DNA of 64,000 nt, from positions 8,184,001 through 8,248,000 of the forward strand of contig JAWMAR010000081.1 in NCBI GenBank assembly GCA_036785375.1. The letters are read 5' to 3'. Made by a program: the position numbers and the translations under genes. This document shows positions 15,001-26,800 of the stretch, piece after piece. Position 1 is the first letter of the stretch, and each line of letters starts with the position of its first letter. The stretch is from Leucoraja ocellata (taxonomy: Eukaryota). The notes beneath the pieces are model-generated. The model worked only from the letters and a program-made list of their open reading frames with translations, was not told the origin of the DNA and searched no databases.

Positions 15001-18000
15001 AAGTTTGGGCAGTGTTCTCTGCTGCAGTCGTTTCGGCCGTTGTCTCTCCTGCAGTAATTTGGGATATCGTCTGTCCTATTGTAGTTTGAGACAAGCTCTC
15101 TTCTGTGATAGTTTGGGATGTTGTCGCACCTTCAGAAGTTTGGGATATGATCTCTCCTGCCGTAGTTTGAAACGATATCTGCCGTGTTGTACGTTGGGAT
15201 GTGGTCTCTCCTTCTGTGGTTATGGATGTGATTTCTCCTGCTGGAGTTTGGGTCATTGTCTCTCCTATAGTAATTTCAGAAGCCATCTCTCCAGCACTAG
15301 TTTGTGATGTTGTCTCTCCTCCAGTAGAATGGGCCGTGCTCTCTCCTGCATTAATACTGGACGTTGTCTCTCCAGCAGCAGTATGCACTGTGGTCTCTCT
15401 AGATGTACTTTGGGACTGAGTCTCCACTGTTGTACTTTGGGAGATCATCTCTACTGCAATAGTTTGGGAGGTGGTCTCACCTATGGCAGTTAGGGACATT
15501 GTCTCTCCTGTAGTAGATTCAGATGTGATCGCAGGTGCAGTATTTTGGGATGTGGTCTCTACTGCTGTAGATTGGGACATAGTCTCTCCTGTTGTAGTTT
15601 TGAATGTCATCTCTTCAGTTGAAGATTGGAACATGGTCTGTTCTACAGGAGTTTGGGATATTGTCACTACTGAAATAGTTTCAGATGTCAGCTCCTCTGT
15701 AGTAGCTTGGGCTGAAGTCACTGGTGCAATTGTTTGGGTCATGGTCTCTCCTGTGATAGATTGAGACATCATCTCTCCTGTTGTACTCTGGGACATGGTC
15801 TCTCCTGCAGTAGTTTGGGACAATGTCTGTCCTGTTGTAGGTTGAGATGTGTTCTCTCCTTCAGTAGGTATAGATGTGGTTTCTCCTGCAGGAGTTTGGG
15901 ACATTGTCTCTCTTGTAGTAGTTTTGGATGTCTTGTCACCAGCAGTAGTTTGAGATGTTCTCTCACCTCCAGTTGATTGGACCGTGCTCTCTCCTGCATT
16001 TGCTCTGGACGTGGACTCTCCTGTAGTAGATTGAGCCGTTGTCTCTCCTGCTGTTCTCTGGGACATGGTCTCTCCTGCAGTTGTTTGCACTGTAGTCTCT
16101 CTTGATGTCTTTTGGGACTGAGTCTCCACTGTTGTACTTTGTGACATCATCTCTACTACAATAGTTTGAGAGATGGTCACACCTGTGGCAGTTAGGGATA
16201 TTGTCTCTCCTGTAGTAGATTCAGATGTGATCGCAGGTGCAGTATTTTGGGATGTTGTCTCTACTGCTGTAGATTGGGACATAGTCTCTCCTGTTGTAGT
16301 TTTGAATGTGGTCTCTTCAGTAGAAGATTGGAACATGGTCTGTTCTGCACTAGGTTCGGATGTTGTCACTACTGAACTAGTTTGGGACATTGTCTCTGCT
16401 GTAGTAATTTCAGATGTCAGCACTCCTGCAGTAGCTTGGGCCGTAGTCACGGGTGCAATTGTTTGGGTTGTGGTCTCTCCTGTAGTAGATTGAAACATCA
16501 TCTCCCCTGTTGTAATTACGGACATGGTCTCTCCTGTAGTAGTTTGGGATGCGGTCTCTCCTATGGTAATTTTAGATGTGCTTTCTCCTTCAGTACTTTG
16601 CGAAATTATTTTTCCTGTTGTAGATTGGGACATGGTCTCTACTTCAATAGTTCGTGATGTAGTCACTTCTGCAGTAGTTGGAGACACGATCTCTCCTGTA
16701 GTAGTTTTTATCGTTGTCTCTCCTGCAGAAGTTTGGGCAGTGTTCTCTGCTGCAGTCGTTTCGGCCGTTGTCTCTCCTGCAGTAATTTGGGATATCGTCT
16801 GTCCTATTGTAGTTTGAGAAAAGCTCTCTTCTGTGATAGTTTGGGATGTTGTCGCACCTTCAGAAGTTTGGGATATGATCTCTCCTGCCGTAGTTTGAAA
16901 CGATATCTGCCGTGTTGTACGTTGGGATGTGGTCTCTCCTTCTGTGGTTATGGATGTGATTTCTCCTGCTGGAGTTTGGGACATTGTCTCTCCTATAGTA
17001 ATTTCAGAAGCCATCTCTCCAGCACTAGTTTGTGATGTTGTCTCTCCTCCAGTAGAATGGGCCGTGCTCTCTCCTGCATTAATACTGGACGTTGTCTCTC
17101 CAGCAGTAGTATGCACTGTAGTCTCTCTTGATGTACTTTGGGACTGAGTCTCCACTGTTGTACTTTGGGAGATCATCTCTACTGCAATAGTTTGGGAGGT
17201 GGTCTCACCTATGGCAGTTAGGGACATTGTCTCTCCTGTAGTAGATTCAGATGAGATCTCAGGTGCAGTATTTTGGGATGTGGTCTCTACTGCTGTAGAT
17301 TGGGACATAGTCTCTCCTGTTGTAGTTTTGAATGTGATCTCTTCAGTTGAAGATTGGAACATGGTCTGTTCTACAGGAGTTTGGGATATTGTCACTACTG
17401 AAATAGTTTCAGATGTCAGCTCCTCTGTAGTAGCTTGGGCTGATGTCACTGGTGCAATTGTTTGGGTCGTGGTCTCTCCTGTGATAGATTGAGACATCAT
17501 CTCTCCTGTTGTACTCTGGGACATGGTCTCTCCTGCAGTAGTTTGGGACAATGTCTGTCCTGTTGTAGGTTGAGATGTGGTCTCTCCTTCAGTAGGTATA
17601 GATGTGGTTTCTCCTGCAGGAGTTTGGGACATTGTCTCTCTTGTAGTAGTTTTGGATGTCTTGTCACCAGCAGTAGTTTGAGATGTTCTCTCACCTCCAG
17701 TTGATTGGACCGTGCTCTCTCCTGCATTTGCTCTGGATGTGGACTCTCCTGTAGTAGATTGAGCCGTTGTCTCTCCTGCTGTTCTCTGGGACATGGTCTC
17801 TCCTGCAGTAGTTTGCACTGTAGTCTCTCTTGATGTCTTTTGGGACTGAGTCTCCAATGTTGTACTTTGGGACATCATCTCTACTGCAATAGTTTGAGAG
17901 ATGGTCACACCTGTGGCAGTTTGGGACATTGTCTCTTCTGTAGTAGTTTCAGATGCAATCTCTGGTGCAGTATTTTGGGATGCGGTCTCTACTGCTGTAG

Positions 18001-21000
18001 ATTGCGACATGGCCTTTCCTGTTGTAGTTTGGAATGTGGTCTCTTCAGTAGAAGATTGGAACATGGTCTGTTCTGCAGTAGGTTGGGATGTTGTCACTAC
18101 TGAACTAGTTTGGGACATTGTCTCTGCTGTAGTAATTTCAGATGTCAGCACTCCTGCAGTAGCTTGGGCCGTAGTCACGGGTGCAATTGTTTGGGTTGTG
18201 GTCTCTCCTGTAGTAGATTGAGACATCATCTCCCCTGTTGTAATTACGGACATGGTCTCTCCTGTAGTAGTTTGGGACGCGGTCTCTCCTATGGTAGTTT
18301 TAGATGTGCTTTCTCCTTCAGTACTTTGCGAAATTATTTTTCCTGTTGTAGATTGGGACATGGTCTCTACTTCAATAGTTCGTGATGTAGTCACTTCTGC
18401 AGTAGTTGGAGACACGATCTCTCCTGTAGTAGTTTTTATCATTGTCTCTCCTGCAGAAGTTTGTGCGGTGTTCTCTGCTGCAGTAGTTTCGGTCGTTGTC
18501 TCTCCTGCAGTAATTTGGGATATCGTCTGCCCTATTGTAGTTTGAGACAAGCTCTTTTCTGTGATAGTTTGGGATGTTGTCGCACCTTCAGAAGTTTGGG
18601 ATATGATCTCTCCTGCCGTAGTTTGAAACGATATCTGCCGTGTTGTACGTTGGGATGTGGTCTCTCCTTCTGTGGTTATGGATATGATTTCTCCTGCTGG
18701 AGTTTGGGACATTGTCTCTCCTATAGTAATTTCAGAAGCCATCTCTCCAGCACTAGTTTGTGATGTTGTCTCTCCTCCAGTAGAATGGGCCGTGCTCTCT
18801 CCTGCATTAATACTGGACGTTGTCTCTCCAGCAGTAGTATGCACTGTGGTCTCTCTAGATGTACTTTGGGACTGAGTCTCCACTGTTGTACTTTGGGAGA
18901 TCATCTCTACTGCAATAGTTTGGGAGGTGGTCTCACCTATGGCAGTTAGGGACATTGTCTCTCCTGTAGTAGATTCAGATGTGATCGCAGGTGCAGTATT
19001 TTGGGATGTGGTCTCTACTGCTGTAGATTGGGACATAGTCTCTCCTGTTGTAGTTTTGAATGTGATCTCTTCAGTTGAAGATTGGAACATGGTCTGTTCT
19101 ACAGGAGTTTGGGATATTGTCACTACTGAAATAGTTTCAGATGTCAGCTCCTCTGTAGTAGCTTGGGCTGATGTCACTGGTGCAATTGTTTGGGTCATGG
19201 TCTCTCCTGTGATAGATTGAGACATCATCTCTCCTGTTGTACTCTGGGACATGGTCTCTCCTGCAGTAGTTTGGGACAATGTCTGTCCTGTTGTAGGTTG
19301 AGATGTGTTCTCTCCTTCAGTAGGTATAGATGTGGTTTCTCCTGCAGGAGTTTGGGACATTGTCTCTCTTGTAGTAGTTTTGGATGTCTTGTCACCAGCA
19401 GTAGTTTGAGATGTTCTCTCACCTCCAGTTGATTGGACCGTGCTCTCTCCTGCATTTGCTCTGGACGTGGACTCTCCTATAGTAAATTGAGCCGTTGTCT
19501 CTCCTGCTGTTCTCTGGGACATGGTCTCTCCTGCAGTAGTTTGCACTGTAGTCTCATTTGATGTCTTTTGGGACTGAGTCTCCACTGTTGTACTTTGGGA
19601 CATCATCTCTTCTGCAATAGTTTGAGAGATGGTCACACCTGTGGCAGTTTGGGACATTGTCTCTCCTGTAGTAGTTTCAGATGTAATCTCTGGTGCAGTA
19701 TTTTGGGATGCGGTCTCTACTGCTGTAGATTGCGAACTGGTCTCTCCTGTTGTAGTTTGGAATGTGGCCTCTTCAGTAGAAGATTGGAACATGGTCTGTT
19801 CTGCAGTAGGTTGGGATGTTGTCACTACTGAACTAGTTTGGGACATTGTCTCTGCTGTAGTAATTTCAGATGTCAGCACTCCTGCAGTAGCTTGGGCCGT
19901 AGTCACGGGTGCAATTGTTTGGGTTGTGGTCTCTCCTGTAGTAGATTGAAACATCATCTCCCCTGTTGTAATTACGGACATGGTCTCTCCTGTAGTAGTT
20001 TGGGACGCGGTCTCTCCTATGGTAGTTTTAGATGTGCTTTCTTCTTCAGTACTTTGGGAAATTATTTTTCCTGTTGTAGGTTGGGACATGGTCTCTACTT
20101 CAATAGTTCGTGATGTAGTCTCTTCTGCAGTAGTTGGAGACACGATCTCTCCTGTAGTAGTTTTTATTGTTGTCTCTCCTGCAGAAGTTTGGGCGGTGTT
20201 CTCTGCTGCAGTAGTTTCGGCCGTTGTCTCTCCTGCAGTAATTTGGGATATCGTCTGTCCTATTGTAGTTTCAGACAAGCTCTCTTCTGTGATAGTTTGG
20301 GATGTTGTCGCACCTTCAGAAGTTTGGGATATGATCTCTCCTGCCGTAGTTTGAAACGATGTCTGCCGTGTTGTACGTTGGGATGTGGTCTCTCCTTCTG
20401 TGGTTATGGATGTGATTTCTCCTGCTGGAGTTTGGGACATTGTCTCTCCTATAGTAATTTCAGAAGCCATCTCTCCAGCACTAGTTTGTGATGTTGTCTC
20501 TCCTCCAGTAGAATGGGCCGTGCTCTCTCCTGCATTAATACTGGACGTTGTCTCTCCAGCAGTAGTATGCACTGTAGTCTCTCTTGATGTACTTTGGGAC
20601 TGAGTCTCCACTGTTGTACTTTGGGAGATCATCTCTACTGCAATAGTTTGGGAGGTGGTCTCACCTATGGCAGTTAGGGACATTGTCTCTCCTGTAGTAG
20701 ATTCAGATGTGATCTCAGATGCAGTATTTTGGGATGTGGTCTCTACTGCTGTAGATTGGGACATAGTCTCTCCTGTTGTAGTTTTGAATGTGATCTCTTC
20801 AGTTGAAGATTGGAACTTGGTCTGTTCTACAGGAGTTTGGGATATTGTCACTACTGAAATAGTTTCAGATGTCAGCTCCTCTGTAGTTGCTTGGGCTGAT
20901 GTCACTGGTGCAATTGTTTGGGTCATGGTCTCACCTGTGATAGATTGAGACATCATCTCTCCTGTTGTACTCTGGGACATGGTCTCTCCTGCAGTAGTTT

Positions 21001-23800
21001 GGGACAATGTCTGTCCTGTTGTAGGTTGAGATGTGTTCTCTCCTTCAGTAGGTATAGATGTGGTTTCTCCTGCAGGAGTTTGGGACATTGTCTCTCTTGT
21101 AGTTGTTTTGGATGTCTTGTCACCAGCAGTAGTTTGAGATGTTCTCTCACCTCCAGTTGATTGGACCGTGCTCTCTCCTGCATTTGCTCTGGACGTGGAC
21201 TCTCCTGTAGTAAATTGAGCCGTTGTCTCTCCTGCTGTTCTCTGGGACATGGTCTCTCCTGCAGTAGTTTGCACTGTAGTCTCATTTGATGTCTTTTGGG
21301 ACTGAGTCTCCACTGTTGTACTTTGGGACATCATCTCTACTGCAATAGTTTGAGAGATGGTCACACCTGTGGCAGTTTGGGACATTGTCTCTCCTGTAGT
21401 AGTTTCAGATGCAATCTCTGGTGCAGTATTTTGGGATGCGGTCTCTACTGCTGTAGATTGCGACATGGTCTCTCCTGTTGTAGTTTGGAATGTGGCCTCT
21501 TCAGTAGAAGATTGGAACATGGTCTGTTCTGCAGTAGGTTGGGATGTTGTTACTACTGAACTAGTTTGGGACATTGTCTCTGCTGTAGTAATTTCAGATG
21601 TCAGCACTCCTGCAGTAGCTTGGGCCGTAGTCACGGGTGCAATTGTTTGGGCTGTGGTCTCTCCTGTAGTAGATTGAAACATCATCTCCCCTGTTGTAAT
21701 TACGGACATGGTCTCTCCTGTAGTAGTTTGGGATGCGGTCTCTCCTGTGGTAATTTTAGATGTGCTTTCTTCTTCAGTACTTTGGGAAATTATTTTTCCT
21801 GTTGTAGGTTGGGACATGGTCTCTACTTCAATAGTTCGTGATGTAGTCTCTTCTGCAGTAGTTGGAGACACGATCTCTCCTGTAGTAGTTTTTATCGTTG
21901 TCTCTCCTGCAGAAGTTTGGGCGGTGTTCTCTGCTGCAGTAGTTTCGGCCGTTGTCTCTCCTGCAGTAATTTGGGATATCGTCTGTCCTATTGTAGTTTC
22001 AGACAAGCTCTCTTCTGTGATAGTTTGGGATGTTGTCGCACCTTCAGAAGTTTGGGATATGATCTCTCCTGCCGTAGTTTGAAACGATGTCTGCCGTGTT
22101 GTACGTTGGGATGTGGTCTCTCCTTCTGTGGTTATGGATGTGATTTCTCCTGCTGGAGTTTGGGACATTGTCTCTCCTATAGTAATTTCAGAAGCCATCT
22201 CTCCAGCACTAGTTTGTGATGTTGTCTCTCCTCCAGTAGAATGGGCCGTGCTCTCTCCTGCATTAATACTGGACGTTGTCTCTCCAGCAGTAGTATGCAC
22301 TGTAGTCTCTCTTGATGTACTTTGGGACTGAGTCTCCACTGTTGTACTTTGGGAGATCATCTCTACTGCAATAGTTTGGGAGGTGGTCTCACCTATGGCA
22401 GTTAGGGACATTGTCTCTCCTGTAGTAGATTCAGATGTGATCTCAGATGCAGTATTTTGGGATGTGGTCTCTACTGCTGTAGATTGGGACATAGTCTCTC
22501 CTGTTGTAGTTTTGAATGTGATCTCTTCAGTTGAAGATTGGAACTTGGTCTGTTCTACAGGAGTTTGGGATATTGTCACTACTGAAATAGTTTCAGATGT
22601 CAGCTCCTCTGTAGTTGCTTGGGCTGATGTCACTGGTGCAATTGTTTGGGTCATGGTCTCACCTGTGATAGATTGAGACATCATCTCTCCTGTTGTACTC
22701 TGGGACATGGTCTCTCCTGCAGTAGTTTGGGACAATGTCTGTCCTGTTGTAGGTTGAGATGTGTTCTCTCCTTCAGTAGGTATAGATGTGGTTTCTCCTG
22801 CAGGAGTTTGGGACATTGTCTCTCTTGTAGTTGTTTTGGATGTCTTGTCACCAGCAGTAGTTTGAGATGTTCTCTCACCTCCAGTTGATTGGACCGTGCT
22901 CTCTCCTGCATTTGCTCTGGACGTGGACTCTCCTGTAGTAAATTGAGCCGTTGTCTCTCCTGCTGTTCTCTGGGACATGGTCTCTCCTGCAGTAGTTTGC
23001 ACTGTAGTCTCATTTGATGTCTTTTGGGACTGAGTCTCCACTGTTGTACTTTGGGACATCATCTCTACTGCAATAGTTTGAGAGATGGTCACACCTGTGG
23101 CAGTTTGGGACATTGTCTCTCCTGTAGTAGTTTCAGATGCAATCTCTGGTGCAGTATTTTGGGATGCGGTCTCTACTGCTGTAGATTGCGACATGGTCTC
23201 TCCTGTTGTAGTTTGGAATGTGGCCTCTTCAGTAGAAGATTGGAACATGGTCTGTTCTGCAGTAGGTTGGGATGTTGTTACTACTGAACTAGTTTGGGAC
23301 ATTGTCTCTGCTGTAGTAATTTCAGATGTCAGCACTCCTGCAGTAGCTTGGGCCGTAGTCACGGGTGCAATTGTTTGGGTTGTGGTCTCTCCTGTAGTAG
23401 ATTGAAACATCATCTCCCCTGTTGTAATTACGGACATGGTCTCTCCTGTAGTAGTTTGGGATGCGGTCTCTCCTGTGGTAATTTTAGATGTGCTTTCTTC
23501 TTCAGTACTTTGGGAAATTATTTTTCCTGTTGTAGATTGGGACATGGTCTCTACTTCAATAGTTCGTGATGTAGTCTCTTCTGCAGTAGTTGGAGACATG
23601 ATCTCTCCTGTAGTAGCTTTTATCGTTGTCTCTCCTGCAGAAGTTTGGGCGGTGTTCTCTGCTGCAGTAGTTTCGGCCGTTCTCTCTCCTGCAGTAATTT
23701 GGGATATCGTCTGTCTTATTGTAGTTTGAGACAAGCTCTCTTCTGTGATACTTTGGGATGTTGTCGCACCTTCAGAAGTTTGGGATATGATCTCTCCTGC
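1..23800 (-). repeat. Higher-order tandem repeat, 1,728-bp unit (64 x 27 bp; 576 aa), about 14 near-identical copies
   Basis: Near-identical shadow ORFs recur at 1710, 3438, 5166, 6894, 8622, then 10017 (+1395), 11745, 13473, 15201, 16929, 18657, 20385 and 22113. Confidence 0.96.
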
Positions 23801-26800
23801 GGTAGTTTGGGACGATGTCTGTCCTGTTGTAGGTTGAGATGTGGTCTTTTCTTCAGTAGTTATAGATGGCGTTTCTCCTGAAGGAGTTTGTGACATTGTC
23901 TCTCTTGTAGTAGTTTTTAATGTCATGTCACCAGCAGTAGTTTGAGATGTTGTCTCCCCTCCAGTTGATTGGACCGTGCTCTCTCCTGCATTTGCTCTGG
24001 ACGTGGACTCTCCTGTAGTAGATTGAGACGTTGTCTCTCCTGCTGTTCTCTGGGACATGGTCTCTCCTGCAGTAGTTTCAGAAGTGATCTCTGGTGCATC
24101 TACTGCTGTTGATTGGGACATGGTCTCTCCAATTGTAGTTTGGAATGTGGTCTCTCTTGATGTACTTTGAAACTGAGTCTCCACTGTTCTACTTTGTGAC
24201 ATCATCTCTGCTGCAATAGTTTGTGTCATGGTCTCACCTGTGTCAGTTTGGGACATTGTCTCTCCTGTAATAGTTTCAGATGTGATTTCTGGTGCAGTAT
24301 TTTGGGATGCGGTCTCTACTGCAGTAGATTGGGACATGATCTGTCCTGCTGTAGTTTGGAATGTGGTCTCTTCAGTAGAAGATTGGAACATGGTATGTTC
24401 TCCAGTAGGTTGGGATGTTGTCGCTACTGAACTACTTTGGGACATTGTCTGTGCTGTAGTAATTTCCGATGTCAGCTCTCCTGCAGTAGCTTGGAGCATA
24501 GTCACTGGTGCAATTGTTTGGGTTGTGGTCTCTCCTATAGTAGATTGAGACATCATCTCCCCTATTGTACTTGGGGATATGGTATCTCTTGCATTAGTTT
24601 GGGACGCGGTCTCTCCTATGGTAGTTTTGGACATGGTATCTTCTGCATTACTTTGGGAAATTATTTTTCCTGTTGTAGATTGGGACATGGTCTCTACTTC
24701 AATAGTTCGTGATGTAGTCTCTTCTGCAGTAGTTGGAGACATGATCTCTCCTGTGGTAGTTTTTATCCTTGTCTCTCCTGCAGAAGTTTGTGCGGCGTTC
24801 CCCGCGGCAGAAGTTTCGGCCGTTGTCTCTCCTGCAGTATTTTGGGATATCGTCTGTCCTGTTGTAGTTTGAGACAAGCTCTCTTCTTTGATAGTTTGGG
24901 ATGTTTTCACTCCTTCAGTAGTTCGGGATATGATCACCCCCACGGTAGTTTGGGACGATGTCTGTCCTGTTGTACGTTGGGATGTGGTCTCTCCTTCTGT
25001 GGTCATGGATGTGATTTCTCCGTCAGGCGTTTGGGACATGGTCTCTCCTGTAGTAGTTTCAGATGCCATCTCTCCAGCACCAGTTTGTGATGTTGTCTCT
25101 CCTCCAATAGAATGGACCGTGATCTCTCCAGCATTAATTCTGAATGTAGTCTCTCCTGCAGTAGTATGCACTGTAGTCTCTCTTGTTGTACTTTGTGACT
25201 GGGACTCCACTGTTGTAATTTGGGACATCATCTCTACTGCAATAGTTTGGGAGGTGATCTCAGCTGCGGCAGTTTGGGACATTGTCTCTCCTGTAGTAGT
25301 TACAGATGTGATCTCTGGTGCAGTATTTTGTGATGCGGTCACTACTGCTGTTGATTGGGACATGGCCTCTCCTGTTGTAGTTTGGAATGTGGTCCCTTCA
25401 GTAGAAGATTGGAACATGGTCTGTTCTACAGGAGTTTGGGATATTGTTACTATTGAACTAGTTTGGGACATTGTCTCTGCTGTAATAATTTCAGATGTCA
25501 GCTCTCTTGCAGGTGCTTGGGCCGTAGTCACTGGTGCAATTGTTTGGGTCATGGTCTTCCCTGTAGTAGATTGAGACATCATTTCCCCTGTTGTACTCTG
25601 GGACATGGACTCTCCTGCAGTAGTTTGGGGCACGATCTCTCCTATGGTAGTTTTAGACATTGTATCTTCAGTACTTTGGGAAATTATTTTTTCTGCTGTA
25701 GATTGGGACTTGTTCTCTTCTTCTATATTTAATGATGTAGTCTCTTTTGCAGTAGTTTGAGATGTGATATCTCCTGTGGTAGTTTTTAACGTTGTCTCTC
25801 CTGCAGTAGTTGCAGCCGTTTTCTCTCCTGCAGTATTTTGGGATATCATGTGTGCTGTTGAAGCTGGAGACAAGCTCTCTTCTGTGATAGTTTGGGATGT
25901 TTTCGCTCCTTCAGTAGTTTGGGATATGATCTCTCTTGCCATAGTTTGGGACGATATCTGCCCTGTTGTACGTTGAGATGTGGTCTCTCCTTCTGTGGTT
26001 ATGGATGTGATTTCTCCTGCTAGAGTTTGGAACATTGTCTCTCGTATAGTAGCTTCAGAAGCCATCTCTCTATCACTAGTTTGGGATGTTGTCTCTCCAC
26101 CAGTAGAATGGGCCATGCTCTCTCCAGAATTAATTCTGGACGTTGTCTCTCCTGTGCTAGTTTCAGATGTGATGTCTGGTGCAGTATTTTGTGATGCGGT
26201 CTCTGCTGATGTAAATTGGGACATGGTCTCTCCTGTTGTAGTTTGGAATGTGGTCTCTTCAGTAGAAGATTCGAACTTGGTCTGTTCTGCAGGAGGTTGG
26301 GATGTTGTCACTACTATACTAGTTTGGGACATTGTCTCTGCTGTTGTAATTTCAGATGTCAGCTCTCCTGCAGTAGCTTGGGCCGTAGTCACTGGTGCAA
26401 TTGTTTGGGATGTGGTCTCTCGTGTAGCAGATTGAAACATTATCTCCCCTGTTGTAATTTGGGACATGGTCTCTCCTGCAGTAGTTTGGGACGCGGTTTC
26501 TCCTATGGTAATTTTAGATGTGCTTTCTTCTTCAGTACTTTGGGAAATTATTTTTCCTGCTGTAGATTGGGACATGGTCTCTACTTCAATAGTTTGTGAT
26601 GTGGTCTCTTCTGTAGTAGTATGAGACATGGTCTCTCCTGTAGTAGTTTTTATCATTGTCTCTCCTGCAGAAGTTTGGGCGGTGTTCTCTGCTGCAGTAG
26701 TTTTGGCCGCTGTCTGTCCTGCAGTAATTTGGGATATCGTCGGTCCTATTGTAGTTTGAGACAAGTTCTCTTCTGTGATAGTTTGGGATGTTGTTGCACC

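Noticed and set aside
20163-20168. AATAAA created on the minus strand in one repeat copy
   Set aside because: A single-nucleotide variant with no evident downstream GU-rich element. Chance occurrence is expected.
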